Assembly (NCBI GenBank): GCA_963810635.1
Contig: CAWEOB010000006.1
Location: 68,982-132,981, forward strand
Length of the DNA: 64,000 nt
Origin: an uncultured Actinomycetes bacterium
GTDB taxonomy: Bacteria; Actinomycetota; UBA4738; HRBIN12
Direction: 5' to 3'
The notes below the pieces were generated by a model, which searched no databases, was not told the DNA's origin, and worked only from the letters and a program-made list of their open reading frames with translations. A program made the translations under genes and the position numbers. Positions 42,448 through 53,375 of this stretch are shown here, one piece after another (the first letter of the stretch is position 1; every line of letters starts with the position of its first letter).

Positions 42448-43590
42448 GCGAGACCGCGGACGTCGTGGTGATCGGGGGCGGGATCGTCGGCTGCTCCGCC
42501 GCGTACCACCTCGCCGCCGCCGGCGCAGGCCGCGTGGTGCTGGTGGAGCGCGAAGGGGCCGTCGGCCGTGGTGCCACGGGGGCCTGCGCCGGCGGCTTCC
42601 GCCAGCAGTTCACGAGCGAGATCAACATCCGCCTCTCGCAGGCGAGCGTGCCGATGATCCTCGGCTTCGAGCAGGAGCACGGGATACCCGTGGATGTCAG
42701 CCAGGACGGGTACCTGTTCCTCGTCCGCGAGCAGGCCACCTGGTCGGGGTTCGAGCGCGGCATCGCCCTCCAGCGCTCGCTGGGCGTCGAGGTCGAGGTC
42801 CTCGATGCGGGCGCTGTGACGCGGCTCGTCCCGGGCCTCATGGTGGACGACCTCGTAGGGGCCACCTTCGGCCCCGCCGACGGGATCGCGGACCCGGGGG
42901 CGTTGACCCAGGGCTACGCGACGTTGGCGAGGCGTGCGGGCGCCGACGTCCGACTCGGGGTGACCGTGGAAGGTCTGCTCTCAGGCCCCGAGACCGTGGC
43001 CGGCGTGCGGACGGGGGACGGGGAGAATCGCCGCCGGGGCGGTCGTCCTCGCCGCGGGTCCCTGGTCCGGCGTCCTCGCCGCCGGCGCCGGGATCGACCT
43101 GCCCATCGAGCCGGTCCCGCGGGTCGTGCTGACCACGGGTGTGTTCCCGGGCGTTCCCGTGCGGCGGACGCTGGTGATCGACGCGGAGAGCTCCTTCTAC
43201 TTCCATCGGGAGGGTGAGGGGGTCCTGATGGGGATGGGCGGCGACGATGTCCCCACCTTCGACACCGAGGTCGACGACGGATTCGTGACCGACGAGCTCC
43301 TGCCGCGAGCGCTCGCCGTCTACCCGCCGCTGGCCGAGGCGGGGATCCGGTCGCGCTGGGCAGGTCTCTACGAGATGACCCCCGACCGACACCCGGTGAT
43401 CGGCCCGGGCCCGGTGCCCGGACTCTGGATCGCAGCCGGGTTCAGCGGGCACGGGTTCCAGCACGGTCCGGTGGTCGGAAGGTTGATGGCCGAGATGATC
43501 ACCGGCAAGGAGCCGACGATGGACGTCTCCTCGTTGTCCTTCGACCGCTTCGCACGGGGGGCGCTGATCGCGGAGGGGCACGTGGTGTGA
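42444..43590 (+). CDS. FAD-dependent oxidoreductase (DAO family: sarcosine/opine/glycine oxidase-like). Apparent +1 insertion at about 43026.
   Basis: VVVIGGGIVGCSAAYHLA dinucleotide-binding motif. The C-terminal half is in ORF 43126..43590. Confidence 0.7.
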
Positions 43591-43591
43591 G

Positions 43592-43675
43592 TGCCGGGAG
43601 CGGGGGTCGAACCCGCACGGGCCGAAGCCCACGGGATTTTGAGTCCCGCGCGTCTGCCAGTTCCGCCATCCCGGC
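43592..43675 (-). tRNA. tRNA-Leu (anticodon CAA)
   Basis: Cloverleaf with acceptor GCCGGGA/TCCCGGC, anticodon loop CUCAAAA, long variable arm GGGCUUCGGCCC and T-loop GGGUUCGACCCCC. Close to E. coli tRNA-Leu(CAA). CCA is not encoded. Confidence 0.85.
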
Positions 43676-43727
43676 CGGCCAGCCGGCCTAGACTACTGTC
43701 CCGCGGCACCCCGATCGCCTTCCCACG

Positions 43728-44801
43728 ATGCGTCCACCCACCCTGCGTTCCTGCGCCCTCGTCGTCCTCGTGGTCTCGATCGTCGGGGCAGCGGCCTGTG
43801 GCAGAGCCGAAGGCCCGGACGCATCGTTGCCTCGGATCGCCGTCATCCAGGACGGCTCGTTCCCCGACGCTCGATCGGTCGTTTCGCCCGCGGTGCTCGG
43901 GCTCGAGATCGCCCTCGAGGACGTCGCGGACGTCGTCGTCCTCGACACGGACGGGACGGGCGGCGAGGACGCGGCACGTGCCGTGGCCGCCGACCTCTCC
44001 CTGCTCGGAGCCGTCATCGCCCCGTACACCGCGATGTCGCAACCGGCGGTCGACACGCTCTCGGGTTCCGGTGTCCCGTTCGTGTCGCTGTCGTCGTCGG
44101 CTGCGATGCCTCCCACCGGGACATTGTGGCGGCAGGTCACGGCCGCCATCGAGGACGAGGCCCGGGCGCTGAGCGTGAGCTCCTCCTCCTCGGGGGGGCC
44201 CGTCTGCCTCGCCGGAGAGGGGAGCGCGTGGTCCGTGGACCTGCGCACTCTGATCGCGCGGGACGTCCCGTCGTCGATCGCCCTGGGCGGCTCGCCGCTC
44301 CAGGTTGCGGCCGGCGCGGCACGGCGAGGGTGCGGATCCGTCGTCTGGACGGGATCGGCACCCGGCGGCGCGTCGTTGCGCTCTACGTTGCCACCCGCGA
44401 TCCCCCTGCTCGTGGCGAGCTCGGCACGCACCGACGGCTACCTCGAGGCGCTGGGTCCGCTCGACGCGGTGCAGCTCGGTGCGTGTCCCTGCGCCGACCT
44501 CACGACCTCGGCCGAGCCGGACCCACAGAGCTTCCTCCACGACTACCAGTCCGCCACGGGCCTCGACCCAGGTCCGTTCGCCGCCGAGGGGTACGACACG
44601 GGCAGGCTACTGGCCGGTCTGTTGCCGTCGGTGGAGGGCCGAGCCCAGCTCGCCGCCCGTCTCGCGACGACACGGTCCTTCGACGGCGTCGCCGCGACCT
44701 ACCGGTGGGATCCCCGAGGCGTCCTGCTCGACCCCGGCGTGCGTATGTATCAGGCGACGGGGGTCCGTTGGCTCTCGGAGGAGCCTTCGGCCCCCTCGTA
44801 G
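43728..44801 (+). CDS. Secreted lipoprotein, periplasmic-binding-protein-like. Orphan (no adjacent permease).
   Basis: Signal peptide plus lipobox GAAAC. Ser-rich linker. Confidence 0.4.
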   Translation: MRPPTLRSCALVVLVVSIVGAAACGRAEGPDASLPRIAVIQDGSFPDARSVVSPAVLGLEIALEDVADVVVLDTDGTGGEDAARAVAADLSLLGAVIAPYTAMSQPAVDTLSGSGVPFVSLSSSAAMPPTGTLWRQVTAAIEDEARALSVSSSSSGGPVCLAGEGSAWSVDLRTLIARDVPSSIALGGSPLQVAAGAARRGCGSVVWTGSAPGGASLRSTLPPAIPLLVASSARTDGYLEALGPLDAVQLGACPCADLTTSAEPDPQSFLHDYQSATGLDPGPFAAEGYDTGRLLAGLLPSVEGRAQLAARLATTRSFDGVAATYRWDPRGVLLDPGVRMYQATGVRWLSEEPSAPS

Positions 44802-44915
44802 CTGGTTCGGGACGACGTCCGGGTCGCGTTGCTCGCTCGAGCGGTCCAGGCCTATAGTCCGCCGAGGATGGGGGAGGGGTGGATCCACGATCCGCCTCTC
44901 GGAAGGAGGAGATCG

Positions 44916-45818
44916 ATGCGGAAGTTCCGTTTCCGAGGTGTGGTCACGCTCGTCGCGGTGTTCGCTGTCCTCGCTGCTGCTTGTGCCTCGGAGGAGACGA
45001 CCACGCCCGCGGCAGGTGGCTCGGGGTCAGGGACCGGCTCGACCGAGCCCGACCTCTTGGCCAGGATCCAAGAGGATGGGGTCATCCGCGTCTCGACTGA
45101 CCCGGCGTATCCGCCGGCGTCGTCGCTCGTCGAGGGGACCGACGACCAGTACGAGGGCTTCGACATCGACGTTGCCGAGGAGATCGCCAAGCGCCTCGGG
45201 GTGACGGTCGAGTGGGTCACACCCGAGTGGACCGCGATCACCTCGGGCGGTTGGTCGGACCGGTGGGACATGAGCGTCGGGTCGATGACCGTCTTGCCGC
45301 CTCGGGCCGAGGTCCTGTACTTCACCGAGCCCTACTACTACGCCCCGGCGGGCGTCGCGGTGAACGCGAACAACACGACCACCAACAACCTCGACACGGA
45401 TCTCGACGGCAAGACGATCGGCGTGTGCGGTAGCTGCACGTATGACTTCTATCTGCAGCAGACCCTGTCGGCACCGGGCGTGACGTACGACTTCGTGATC
45501 GACGACCCGACGATCAAGACCTACAACACCGACACGACCGCGCTCCAGGACCTCTACCTCGAGCGGATCGACGCGGTGATCTCGTCGTTGGGGATCCTCC
45601 AAGGGGCTATCGACAAGGGGAAGCCCATCCGGCTCGTGGCGGACGGCGCGGTGCTGTTCTACGAGGCGAACGCGGTCGCGTTCGACAAGAGCGCCTCGCC
45701 GGACTCGGAGAGTCTCTCCGAGGCGGTGAACCAGATCATCAAGGACATGCACGCGGACGGGACGTTGAGCGCGCTGTCCGAGCAGTGGTGGGGCGAGGAC
45801 CTCACCAGCATCGCGTGA
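44916..45818 (+). CDS. Polar amino acid ABC transporter substrate-binding lipoprotein (PBP family 3)
   Basis: Lipobox LAAAC. SBP_bac_3-like. Confidence 0.75.
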   Translation: MRKFRFRGVVTLVAVFAVLAAACASEETTTPAAGGSGSGTGSTEPDLLARIQEDGVIRVSTDPAYPPASSLVEGTDDQYEGFDIDVAEEIAKRLGVTVEWVTPEWTAITSGGWSDRWDMSVGSMTVLPPRAEVLYFTEPYYYAPAGVAVNANNTTTNNLDTDLDGKTIGVCGSCTYDFYLQQTLSAPGVTYDFVIDDPTIKTYNTDTTALQDLYLERIDAVISSLGILQGAIDKGKPIRLVADGAVLFYEANAVAFDKSASPDSESLSEAVNQIIKDMHADGTLSALSEQWWGEDLTSIA

Positions 45819-45822
45819 CCAC

Positions 45823-47250
45823 ATGTCCGAGAGCTCGGTGAGCGCGGGGACGAGGGCCGGCGAGAGCCGGCCCTCGTCCGTCCCGGAACAGGTGCACTCG
45901 CGTGCCGGGCTCTTCCTGCTGCTCGCCGCGTGGCTCCTCCTGATCGAAGGCGTCCACGCGCTCCTCACGATGCTCGAGGACGTGATGGCGGGAGGGTCCA
46001 CCTGGCCGATCTGGGCGTACGTCCTCACCGCGGGCGTGTGCTTCGCCGGAGGCGGTCTCCTCTACACCTCGACCCGGTGGTCATACTTCGTGGCCGCCGC
46101 GGTCGCCCTCGTCGCCGGTTTCGCCGTCTTCCCTCCGCTCGTCGGCGGTTTCGCGATCTTCGCCGTGATCGAGATCGCGTTGCTCGCGCTCGGGTTCCGC
46201 GCTGCGGGGGAGCGCGAGGCTATCCAGCAGTTCTCAGCAGGAATCCCCTGGCGCGCCAAGGTCGGGGTCGTGCAGGTCGTCATCGCGATCGCGCTGATCC
46301 GGATCTTCCTCGCGCTCGACTTCGACACCGGCTGGATCAGCGACCACGCCTGGGACATCATCCGCCGTGGTCTGGGGCTCACGCTGTTCATCAGCTTCAG
46401 CGCGATCATCTTGGCGATCATCCTGGCGCTGCTCGGGTCGCTGGCCCGACTGTCCAAGAACCCGGTCGCGTACGGCGTCGCAGGCTTCTACACGTCGTTC
46501 TTCCGTGGCACGCCGCTGCTCGTGCAGATCTTCCTCATCTACTTCGGTGTCGCCGAGATCGGGCTCCGGATGCGCGGGACGGGCCTCGAGAACTTCGGTG
46601 AGCTCCTGCGGTTCACCGCCTTGGTCGCCGGGATCCTCGCGATCGGCCTCAACTACGGCGCCTACATGACGGAGATCTTCCGCGCCGGCATCCAGTCCGT
46701 GGGGCACGGACAGGCCGAGGCTGCGGAGGCGCTCGGGATGAGCTACGGACAGCGGACGCGGCGGATCGTCCTCCCGCAGGCGATCCGCGTGATCATCCCT
46801 CCCACCGGGAACGAGTTCATCGCGATGACGAAGGACTCGGCCTTGCTGTACACGATCGGGGTGGTCGAGTTGTTCCGACGCGCCGACCTCCAGGGTCGAG
46901 CCGATTTCCGGAGCCTCGAGGCCTACCTGCTCGTGGCCGGCGTCTACTGGGCGCTCACCGCGGTCCTGACCTTCTTCCAGGTTCGGCTGGAGCGCAAGAT
47001 GGGACGTGGCTACGTCCGGACCGGCGAGGGTGGCACGAAGAAGACGGCTCGCAAGCGCGCGTGGGTGCCCGTTGCCGCCGCGGGGGGTCCTGGCGGGGGC
47101 GCTTGGATGAAGGAGATCGACACCGAGACAGGGCTGCCCGTGCCGGGCGAGGAGACGCGCGAGGCGGTGCTCGTCGACGAGGGTGACGCATCGGGATTCG
47201 TCGACCAAGGGGGTCCACCGATCCCGCCCGAGGAGGGGGATGATCCATGA
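45823..47250 (+). CDS. Polar amino acid ABC transporter permease (N-terminal TM extension)
   Basis: HisM/GlnP-type core. EAA-like loop. Confidence 0.75.
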   Translation: MSESSVSAGTRAGESRPSSVPEQVHSRAGLFLLLAAWLLLIEGVHALLTMLEDVMAGGSTWPIWAYVLTAGVCFAGGGLLYTSTRWSYFVAAAVALVAGFAVFPPLVGGFAIFAVIEIALLALGFRAAGEREAIQQFSAGIPWRAKVGVVQVVIAIALIRIFLALDFDTGWISDHAWDIIRRGLGLTLFISFSAIILAIILALLGSLARLSKNPVAYGVAGFYTSFFRGTPLLVQIFLIYFGVAEIGLRMRGTGLENFGELLRFTALVAGILAIGLNYGAYMTEIFRAGIQSVGHGQAEAAEALGMSYGQRTRRIVLPQAIRVIIPPTGNEFIAMTKDSALLYTIGVVELFRRADLQGRADFRSLEAYLLVAGVYWALTAVLTFFQVRLERKMGRGYVRTGEGGTKKTARKRAWVPVAAAGGPGGGAWMKEIDTETGLPVPGEETREAVLVDEGDASGFVDQGGPPIPPEEGDDP

Positions 47251-48015
47251 CCGCTCCCGATGGCGAGACGGTCGTCCAGATCAGGAACCTCCACAAGACG
47301 TTCGGGTCGCTGGAGGTCCTCAAGGGCATCGACATGGACGTCCTCAAGGGCGAGGTCGTGGTCATCTTCGGTCGGTCCGGATCCGGGAAGAGCACCCTGC
47401 TCCGGTGCGTGAACTTCCTGGAGGATCCCACCGACGGGACGATCGAGGTCGCGGGCATCCAGCTGAGCGGTGGGCACCGGACGAAGCACCAGCGGGAGCA
47501 GATCCGGAAGCTGCGAACCCATTGCGGCATGGTGTTCCAGCAGTTCAATCTCTTCCCGCACCTCAGCGTGGTCGGCAACGTGATGGAGGGCCCGGTGATC
47601 GTGAAGGGCCTGAAGGCCGACGATGTGCGTCCCATGGCACTGGCGCTCCTCGAGAAGGTCGGGCTCGCGGACAAGGCCGACGAGTACCCCATCCGGCTCT
47701 CCGGTGGTCAGCAGCAGCGGGTGGCCATCGCCCGAGCGCTGGCGATGGAGCCGGACGTGATGCTCTTCGACGAGCCCACGTCGGCCTTGGACCCGGAGTT
47801 GATCGGCGAGGTCCTCGCGGTTATGAAGTCGCTCGCGACCGACCTCCACATGACGATGATGGTCGTGACCCATGAGATGGGGTTCGCCCGTGAGGTCGCG
47901 AACCGGATGTGTTTCTTCCACGAGGGAGTCGATCCTCGAGGAGGGCTCGCCGGACGAGCTCTTCAACCACACCCGGGAACCCGAGACGCAGAAGTTCCTC
48001 GAAGCCGTCCTGTGA
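47247..48015 (+). CDS. Polar amino acid ABC transporter ATP-binding protein. Apparent +1 insertion at 47931.
   Basis: [17 protein letters not shown]. The C-terminus [27 protein letters not shown] is in the next frame. Confidence 0.8.
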
Positions 48016-48359
48016 CGCTGAGGACGTCGCCCGGCGCGCGACTGGCTCGGACCCTCGACCTTCACTCGCACGTGCGCTCGACCCCGGAAACGGATGACGG
48101 GCCGCGGCTCCCCTCGAGGCCGGTCGCGCCTTCCCCATACGCGATCGTCCTCTGTCGAGCGCCGCGGCCCGTCAAGACGAGGTCCCGGTGATCCGTGCCT
48201 TCTGCGGAAGTCACCTCCCGCCTCCGGCTCGTACCGCCGGGACCGCAGCGGAGCCTAGAGCAGAGGTTGAGGGCTGTCAACTCGACGAACGCCGCCTCTG
48301 ACCAGCGGGTTCATCGCATCGCCGCTGGTCGTTCACCCGCGTGGAAGATCGTGATCGTC

Positions 48360-48384
48360 GACCCTCGACCACGACACGAGGGTC
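48360..48384 (-). terminator. 8-bp hairpin directly downstream of the cupredoxin gene stop (minus-strand operon terminator)
   Basis: GACCCTCG-N9-CGAGGGTC abutting TCA (a minus-strand stop) at 48385. Confidence 0.35.
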
Positions 48385-48825
48385 TCAGGTCACCGTGAGC
48401 GTGGCGGTCATCCCTTGCTCGTAGTGGTCGGGGAGGTTGCAGATGAGCAGGTACTGTCCCGCGGCCAGATCGACGGTGAGCTCGGCTTGCGTTCCGGCGA
48501 AGACGTCCTCCACCTCGTCCACGAGGGTCAGCCCGGCCGTATCCGCGACGCCGTTCGACACGGGCAGCGGCTCGGACGGCACCTCGCCGTTCTCACCGGA
48601 GAAGATCTCGAACTCGTGCGTCGTCGGACCTGCATTCGTCGCCGCGAAGGTGACGTCGCCCGCGGCGACGCTCCCGGGGTCGATCTGGATCGACCAGTCC
48701 TCCATCGCCACCGCGACGTCGGGTCCTTCCCCTGCTTCGGAGCTGCTCTCGGAGGAGGCACACGCCACCCCCGCGACGGCCAGCAGCACTCCTGCGAGCA
48801 CAGCGAAGCGAACACGAGACATCAT
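48385..48825 (-). CDS. Cupredoxin-like lipoprotein (EfeO N-terminal domain-like)
   Basis: Lipobox VAGVAC. Cupredoxin signature ...YLLICNLPDHYEQGM. Confidence 0.6.
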   Translation of the reverse strand: MMSRVRFAVLAGVLLAVAGVACASSESSSEAGEGPDVAVAMEDWSIQIDPGSVAAGDVTFAATNAGPTTHEFEIFSGENGEVPSEPLPVSNGVADTAGLTLVDEVEDVFAGTQAELTVDLAAGQYLLICNLPDHYEQGMTATLTVT

Positions 48826-48865
48826 GGGTTCCCCCCTCGGTCGTGGCCCTCGGTCGGGCCGGTGA

Positions 48866-49702
48866 TCAGGTTGTGGCGGCCGCCTGTGCGGTCCGGACCC
48901 GCGGCCGCTGCGGCCACAAGACGTAGAGGCTCATCGGGATGACGTACAGCAGCCAGACCAGGACCTCGGCGTACGTCGGCACCGGCTGGAGCCCGAGCAT
49001 GCCGGTCGCGAGGGAGGCCACGATCGTGCCCGGTTGGATCAGCCAGGAGAGGTCGACTGCGGAGCTCTGGGCGAAGGTCACGACGCCCGCCTCGGCGAAC
49101 TCATGGACCGCGCTCGCGAGCAGTCCGCCCGCCACGAGGACGAGGATGAAGCCCGTGAAGCGGAAGAACTTGCTCAGGTCGATCCGGACGCCGCCCCGGT
49201 ACAGGCTCCAACCGAGTCCCACGGCCACCGCGATGCCGAGGACCGCACCGAGCCCCGCGGCGACGGGGTTCAGCGAGCTCTGGAAGGCCGCGAGCATGAA
49301 GACCGCCGTCTCGAGACCCTCACGGATCACGGCGAAGAAGGCCATCCCGACCAGGGCGAAGATGGAGCCCGTGACCAGGGCGCTCTCCGCGTGGTCCTCC
49401 AGTTGCCCTTTCAGGTCGCGCGAGTGGCGGCGCATCCACACGATCATGTAGGTGACCCCCGCCACGGCCAGGAGGGCCAAGATCCCCTCCATCGTCTCCC
49501 GCTGCTTGAGGGGGAGACGTCCGCCGATCACCGCGAGCGCGATGGCCGCCCCGAACGAGATCGCCACCGCCACCGCCACGCCGATCCACATGGGTCGCAG
49601 TGCCCGCCGCTCGCCCCGCTGGATGAGGAACGCGGCGATGATCCCCACGATCAGGGACGCCTCCAGGCCCTCCCGGAGCCCGATCACGAAGGTCGGCAGC
49701 AT
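48866..49702 (-). CDS. efeU: FTR1-family high-affinity iron permease (EfeU-like)
   Basis: Two REGLE motifs. Seven TM helices. Confidence 0.8.
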   Translation of the reverse strand: MLPTFVIGLREGLEASLIVGIIAAFLIQRGERRALRPMWIGVAVAVAISFGAAIALAVIGGRLPLKQRETMEGILALLAVAGVTYMIVWMRRHSRDLKGQLEDHAESALVTGSIFALVGMAFFAVIREGLETAVFMLAAFQSSLNPVAAGLGAVLGIAVAVGLGWSLYRGGVRIDLSKFFRFTGFILVLVAGGLLASAVHEFAEAGVVTFAQSSAVDLSWLIQPGTIVASLATGMLGLQPVPTYAEVLVWLLYVIPMSLYVLWPQRPRVRTAQAAATT

Positions 49703-49737
49703 CGCGCTCGTCAGTCCCCTTCAGCCCGCTGGTCTGC

Positions 49738-49755
49738 TGTTCGGAGTCCCGAACA
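49738..49755 (-). promoter_or_regulatory. Perfect palindrome TGTTCGG-N4-CCGAACA in the dtxR-efeU intergenic region (operator or RNA hairpin candidate)
   Basis: 7-bp arms, 4-nt spacer, about 50 nt upstream of the efeU start. Coordinates are approximate (plus or minus 1). Confidence 0.3.
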
Positions 49756-49837
49756 CTCTTCCTTCGGACGAGCGAAATCCTATCCAGGAGGTCGGGATCT
49801 CGTCAAGCTGGATCGGGACCGAAAACGATGCGAGATG

Positions 49838-50508
49838 CTACGCGGTCGCGGGCTCGACCCAGAGGTGGTCGGCGAGGTCGAAGCCGAGAGCGGACGTGGT
49901 CCCGCCGACGTCGAGGCGCATCGTGCCGTCGGGGCCCGTGGCGAGCACCTCGACGGTCGCGCCCGGCATCAGCAGGCTCTCCTCGAGGAACCGCATCACG
50001 TCGAGCTCGAGCTCGAGGTCCTCGGTGAGCCGGCGCAGGATCACCGTGGCGCCCGGCTCCACGTCCTTCAACGCGACCAAGCCGCTCACGTCGACCTCGT
50101 TGGCCGAGCCGGGGATCGGGTTGCCGTGCGGACACGCCCCGGGGTCACCCAGGATCACGACCAGCCGCTCTTCGACCTGCGACGAGATCACCCGTTCCCA
50201 GCGCTCCGCCTCGGCGTGCGCCTCGTGCCACGGGAGGCCGATCACGTCGATGAGGAGATGCTCGGCGAGCCGGTGGCGGCGGACGAGCGCGATCGCCATG
50301 GCCTGCCCGGCCGTCGTGAACGCCAGATCCCGTCCGTGCTGCTCGAGCAGGCCGTCGGCCACGAGCCGCTTCACGTGCTCGGAGACCGTGGGACGGGACA
50401 GACCCATCCATCGTGAGAGCTCGGCCTGGACGGGGGGAAGCCTTCCTCGAAGAGCTCGTAGAGCGCCTCGAGGTAGTCGGCGGAGGGGTGTCGATCTTCG
50501 AGCGTCAC
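49838..50508 (-). CDS. DtxR/IdeR-family metal-dependent transcriptional regulator with C-terminal SH3-like domain. Apparent 1-nt deletion in the G-run at 50432-50437.
   Basis: N-terminal VTLEDRHPSADYLEALYELFEEG.PP is in one frame. VQAELSRWMGLSRPTVSEHVKRLV...DtxR core plus the C-terminal domain are in the next frame. Confidence 0.7.
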
Positions 50509-50530
50509 GGGCGGAGACTACGATAGGTCT

Positions 50531-53193
50531 GTGACCCCCGACGGCGCCGCGGCCCCTCGCCGGCTCTTCCTCCTCGACGGCCACAGCCTCGCGTACCGGG
50601 CGTTCTTCGCGTTGCCGCAGACCCTGGCCACCAGCAGCGGAACGGTCACCAACGCCGTCTACGGGTTCACGTCGATGTTGATCAAGCTCCTCGCCGACGA
50701 GAGCCCCGACCTCATCGCGGTGGCGTTCGACATGGGGCCGCCCACCATCCGTCTCGAGCTCGATGCCGAGTACAAGGCGGGTCGCGCGGAGGCACCCGCC
50801 GAGTTCCGTCCCCAGCTCGGTCTCATCGAGGAGGTGCTCGACGCGCTGAAGATCCCGCCGATCCGCCCGGAAGGTCACGAAGCCGACGACGCGATCGGCA
50901 CGCTGGCGCTCCAGGCGTCCCAAGGAGGGATCGACGCCGTCATCGTCACGGCGGACCGCGACTTCTTCCAGTTGGTGCGGGACCGTGTGGATGGACGCGG
51001 CGCGGTCTCCGTGCTCTTCAACCGCCGGGGCATCTCGGAGATCGACCTCATGGACCCGCTGGCCATCGAGGCCCGCTACGGCGTCCGTCCCGACCAGTAC
51101 CTGGACTTCGTGGCGCTCAAGGGCGACACGTCGGACAACATCCCCGGTGTGCCGGGGGTCGGCGACAAGACCGCGGCGAAGCTCGTCCAGGAGTACGGCA
51201 CCGTCGAGGAGCTGCTGGCGCACGTGGAGGACCTCAAGGGCAAGCTGAAGGAGAACGTGGCGGCGGCGGCCGACCGGCTCGCCCTGAACAAGCAGCTCGC
51301 GCGCATCGTCACGGATGTGGCGCTCGAGGTAGGCCCCGAGGACTGCTCCATGGGTGCGTGGGATCACGACCAGGTCCGGCAGCTCTTCGGTGCGCTGGAA
51401 TTCCGATCGCTGCTCGACCGTCTCAGCGAGGTCGTCGGGACCGAGCCCAAGGTCGAGGTAGCCGAGCTCGACCTCGAGCAGACCACGGTCACGCGGGTCG
51501 CGGAGATCCTTGGCCGGGGGGACGTTGCGGTCCGCTTGCACGAGGACGACGCCCATGTCTCCGGGATCGCGGTGTCGGCCGGCGGGGCCCAAGCCGCGTA
51601 CGCCCCCTTGGATGGCCTGGTTCCGCTCGCCGACGTGCTCTCGGACACGCGTGTCGCCAAGTGGGCGCACGACGGCAAGGAACTCGAGCGCACGGCCCGC
51701 CAGGCGGGGATCGAGATCGGGGGATCTCGTTCGACACCATGCTGGCGGGGTACCTGCTGGACCCGGCCACGGCCGACTACCCGCTGCGCCACCTATGCGA
51801 GCGCTACCTGGGGACCGACGTCCTGGGGTTGGCCGAGGATGAGGCCGAGGGGCAGCTGTTCGCCGAGGACCCGTGGCGGATCGTGGCGGCGGAAGCTGCA
51901 GCCGTGGCCCTGCTCGCGCCGCTCCTCCAGGAGAAGGTCGACAAGCAGGGCCTGCGCGGCCTCCTCGAAGACGTGGAGCTCCCGCTCTCGTCGGTCCTGG
52001 CACGGATGGAGGCTCGAGGTGTGCGTTTGGACGTCGACTACCTCACGGAGATGGGGGAGTCCGTCCGCGACCGGATGGCCACGCTGAAAGCCGAGGTCTA
52101 CACGCAGGCGGGCCGCGAGTTCAACCTCAATTCCCCCCCGCAGCTCCGCGAGGTGCTCTACGGCGAGCTCGGCCTGCACCCCGGCAAGAAGACGCCGAAG
52201 GGCGAGCTGTCCACCGACGCCAGCGTCCTCGAGAAGCTCCGCGAGGCGCACCCGGTCGTCGACGCACTGCTCGCCTGGCGGGAGCTCGACAAGCTCAACT
52301 CGACCTACCTCGAGGCCTTGCCCAGGCTGGTCGACGCGCGGGACGGACGCGTCCACACGTCGTTCAACCAGGCGGTGGCGGCGACGGGCCGGCTGAGCTC
52401 GTCGAACCCGAACCTCCAGAACATCCCGATCCGCTCGGAGGTCGGACGTCAGATCCGCCAGGCGTTCATCCCCGGCGAACCGGGCCAGGTGCTCCTCGTG
52501 GCCGACTACTCGCAGATCGAGCTCCGGATCCTCGCGCATCTGTCGGGCGACGAAGGGCTGAAGGATGCGTTCGCGGCGGGGGAGGACATCCACGCGGCCA
52601 CCGCGGCGAAGGTCTTCGACCTCCCGATCGCGCACGTCGACGGCGAGCTCCGGCGGCGGGCCAAGATGGTCAACTACGGCCTCGCCTACGGCATGAACGC
52701 CTACGGCCTGGCCCAGCGCCTCGACATCCCTCCCGACGAGGCCGAGGAGATCCTGAACGGGTACTTCGACGGCTTCCCCAAGATCCGCGACTACCTCCGG
52801 GAGCAGGTCGAGCAAGCTCGGCGCGACGGGTTCACGGAGACCATCCTCGGGCGGCGCCGGTACATCCCCGAGCTGACCAGCGGCAATCGCCGGCTCCAGG
52901 CTCTCGGGGAGCGCCAAGCGCTCAACGCGCCGATCCAGGGGAGCGCCAGCGACGTCTTCAAGGTGGCCATGATCGAGGTCGACCGTGCGCTCCGCGGTGA
53001 CCCCGGTCTCGGGTGCTCCATGCTGCTCACGGTCCACGACGAGCTGGTCTTCGAGGTGGCGGAGGGGAACGTCGACGCCGCCGCGGATCTGGTCCGCGAC
53101 CGGATGGAGCACGCCATCGGATTGACGGTGCCGTTGGTGGCGTCCATGGGGTGGGGCGCGAACTGGGCCGAGGCCGCCCCGGAGGGCCACTGA
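50531..53193 (+). CDS. polA: DNA polymerase I. Apparent 1-nt deletion in GGGGG at about 51719-51723.
   Basis: 5'-3' exonuclease and polymerase domains. Split between ORF 50531..52087 and ORF 51358..53193. Confidence 0.85.
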
Positions 53194-53375
53194 GCCGCCT
53201 CCGGCCCGTCGGGAGCGGCGTCGCCGGGCTCCGCTGCCCACCCCTCCGTTATTGACGGCGTTCCCGCAGCGTACGTAACCTCTCCGAGGCCCGCGGGGAG
53301 TGCATCCCGCGCCGCGGCGAAATCCCAGCACCGCCACGGCGAGCGTTCCCTGCGCGGCGGAAGGAGACCCACGGC

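Noticed and set aside
43592-43675. tRNA-Leu as an integration site for a genomic island
   Set aside because: No integrase, direct repeat of the tRNA 3' end, or GC shift on either side.
48268-48283. GTTGAgggctgTCAAC palindrome as an IdeR/DtxR box
   Set aside because: Too short and not AT-rich. It does not match the 19-bp TTAGGTTAGGCTAACCTAA consensus and is not upstream of the iron genes.
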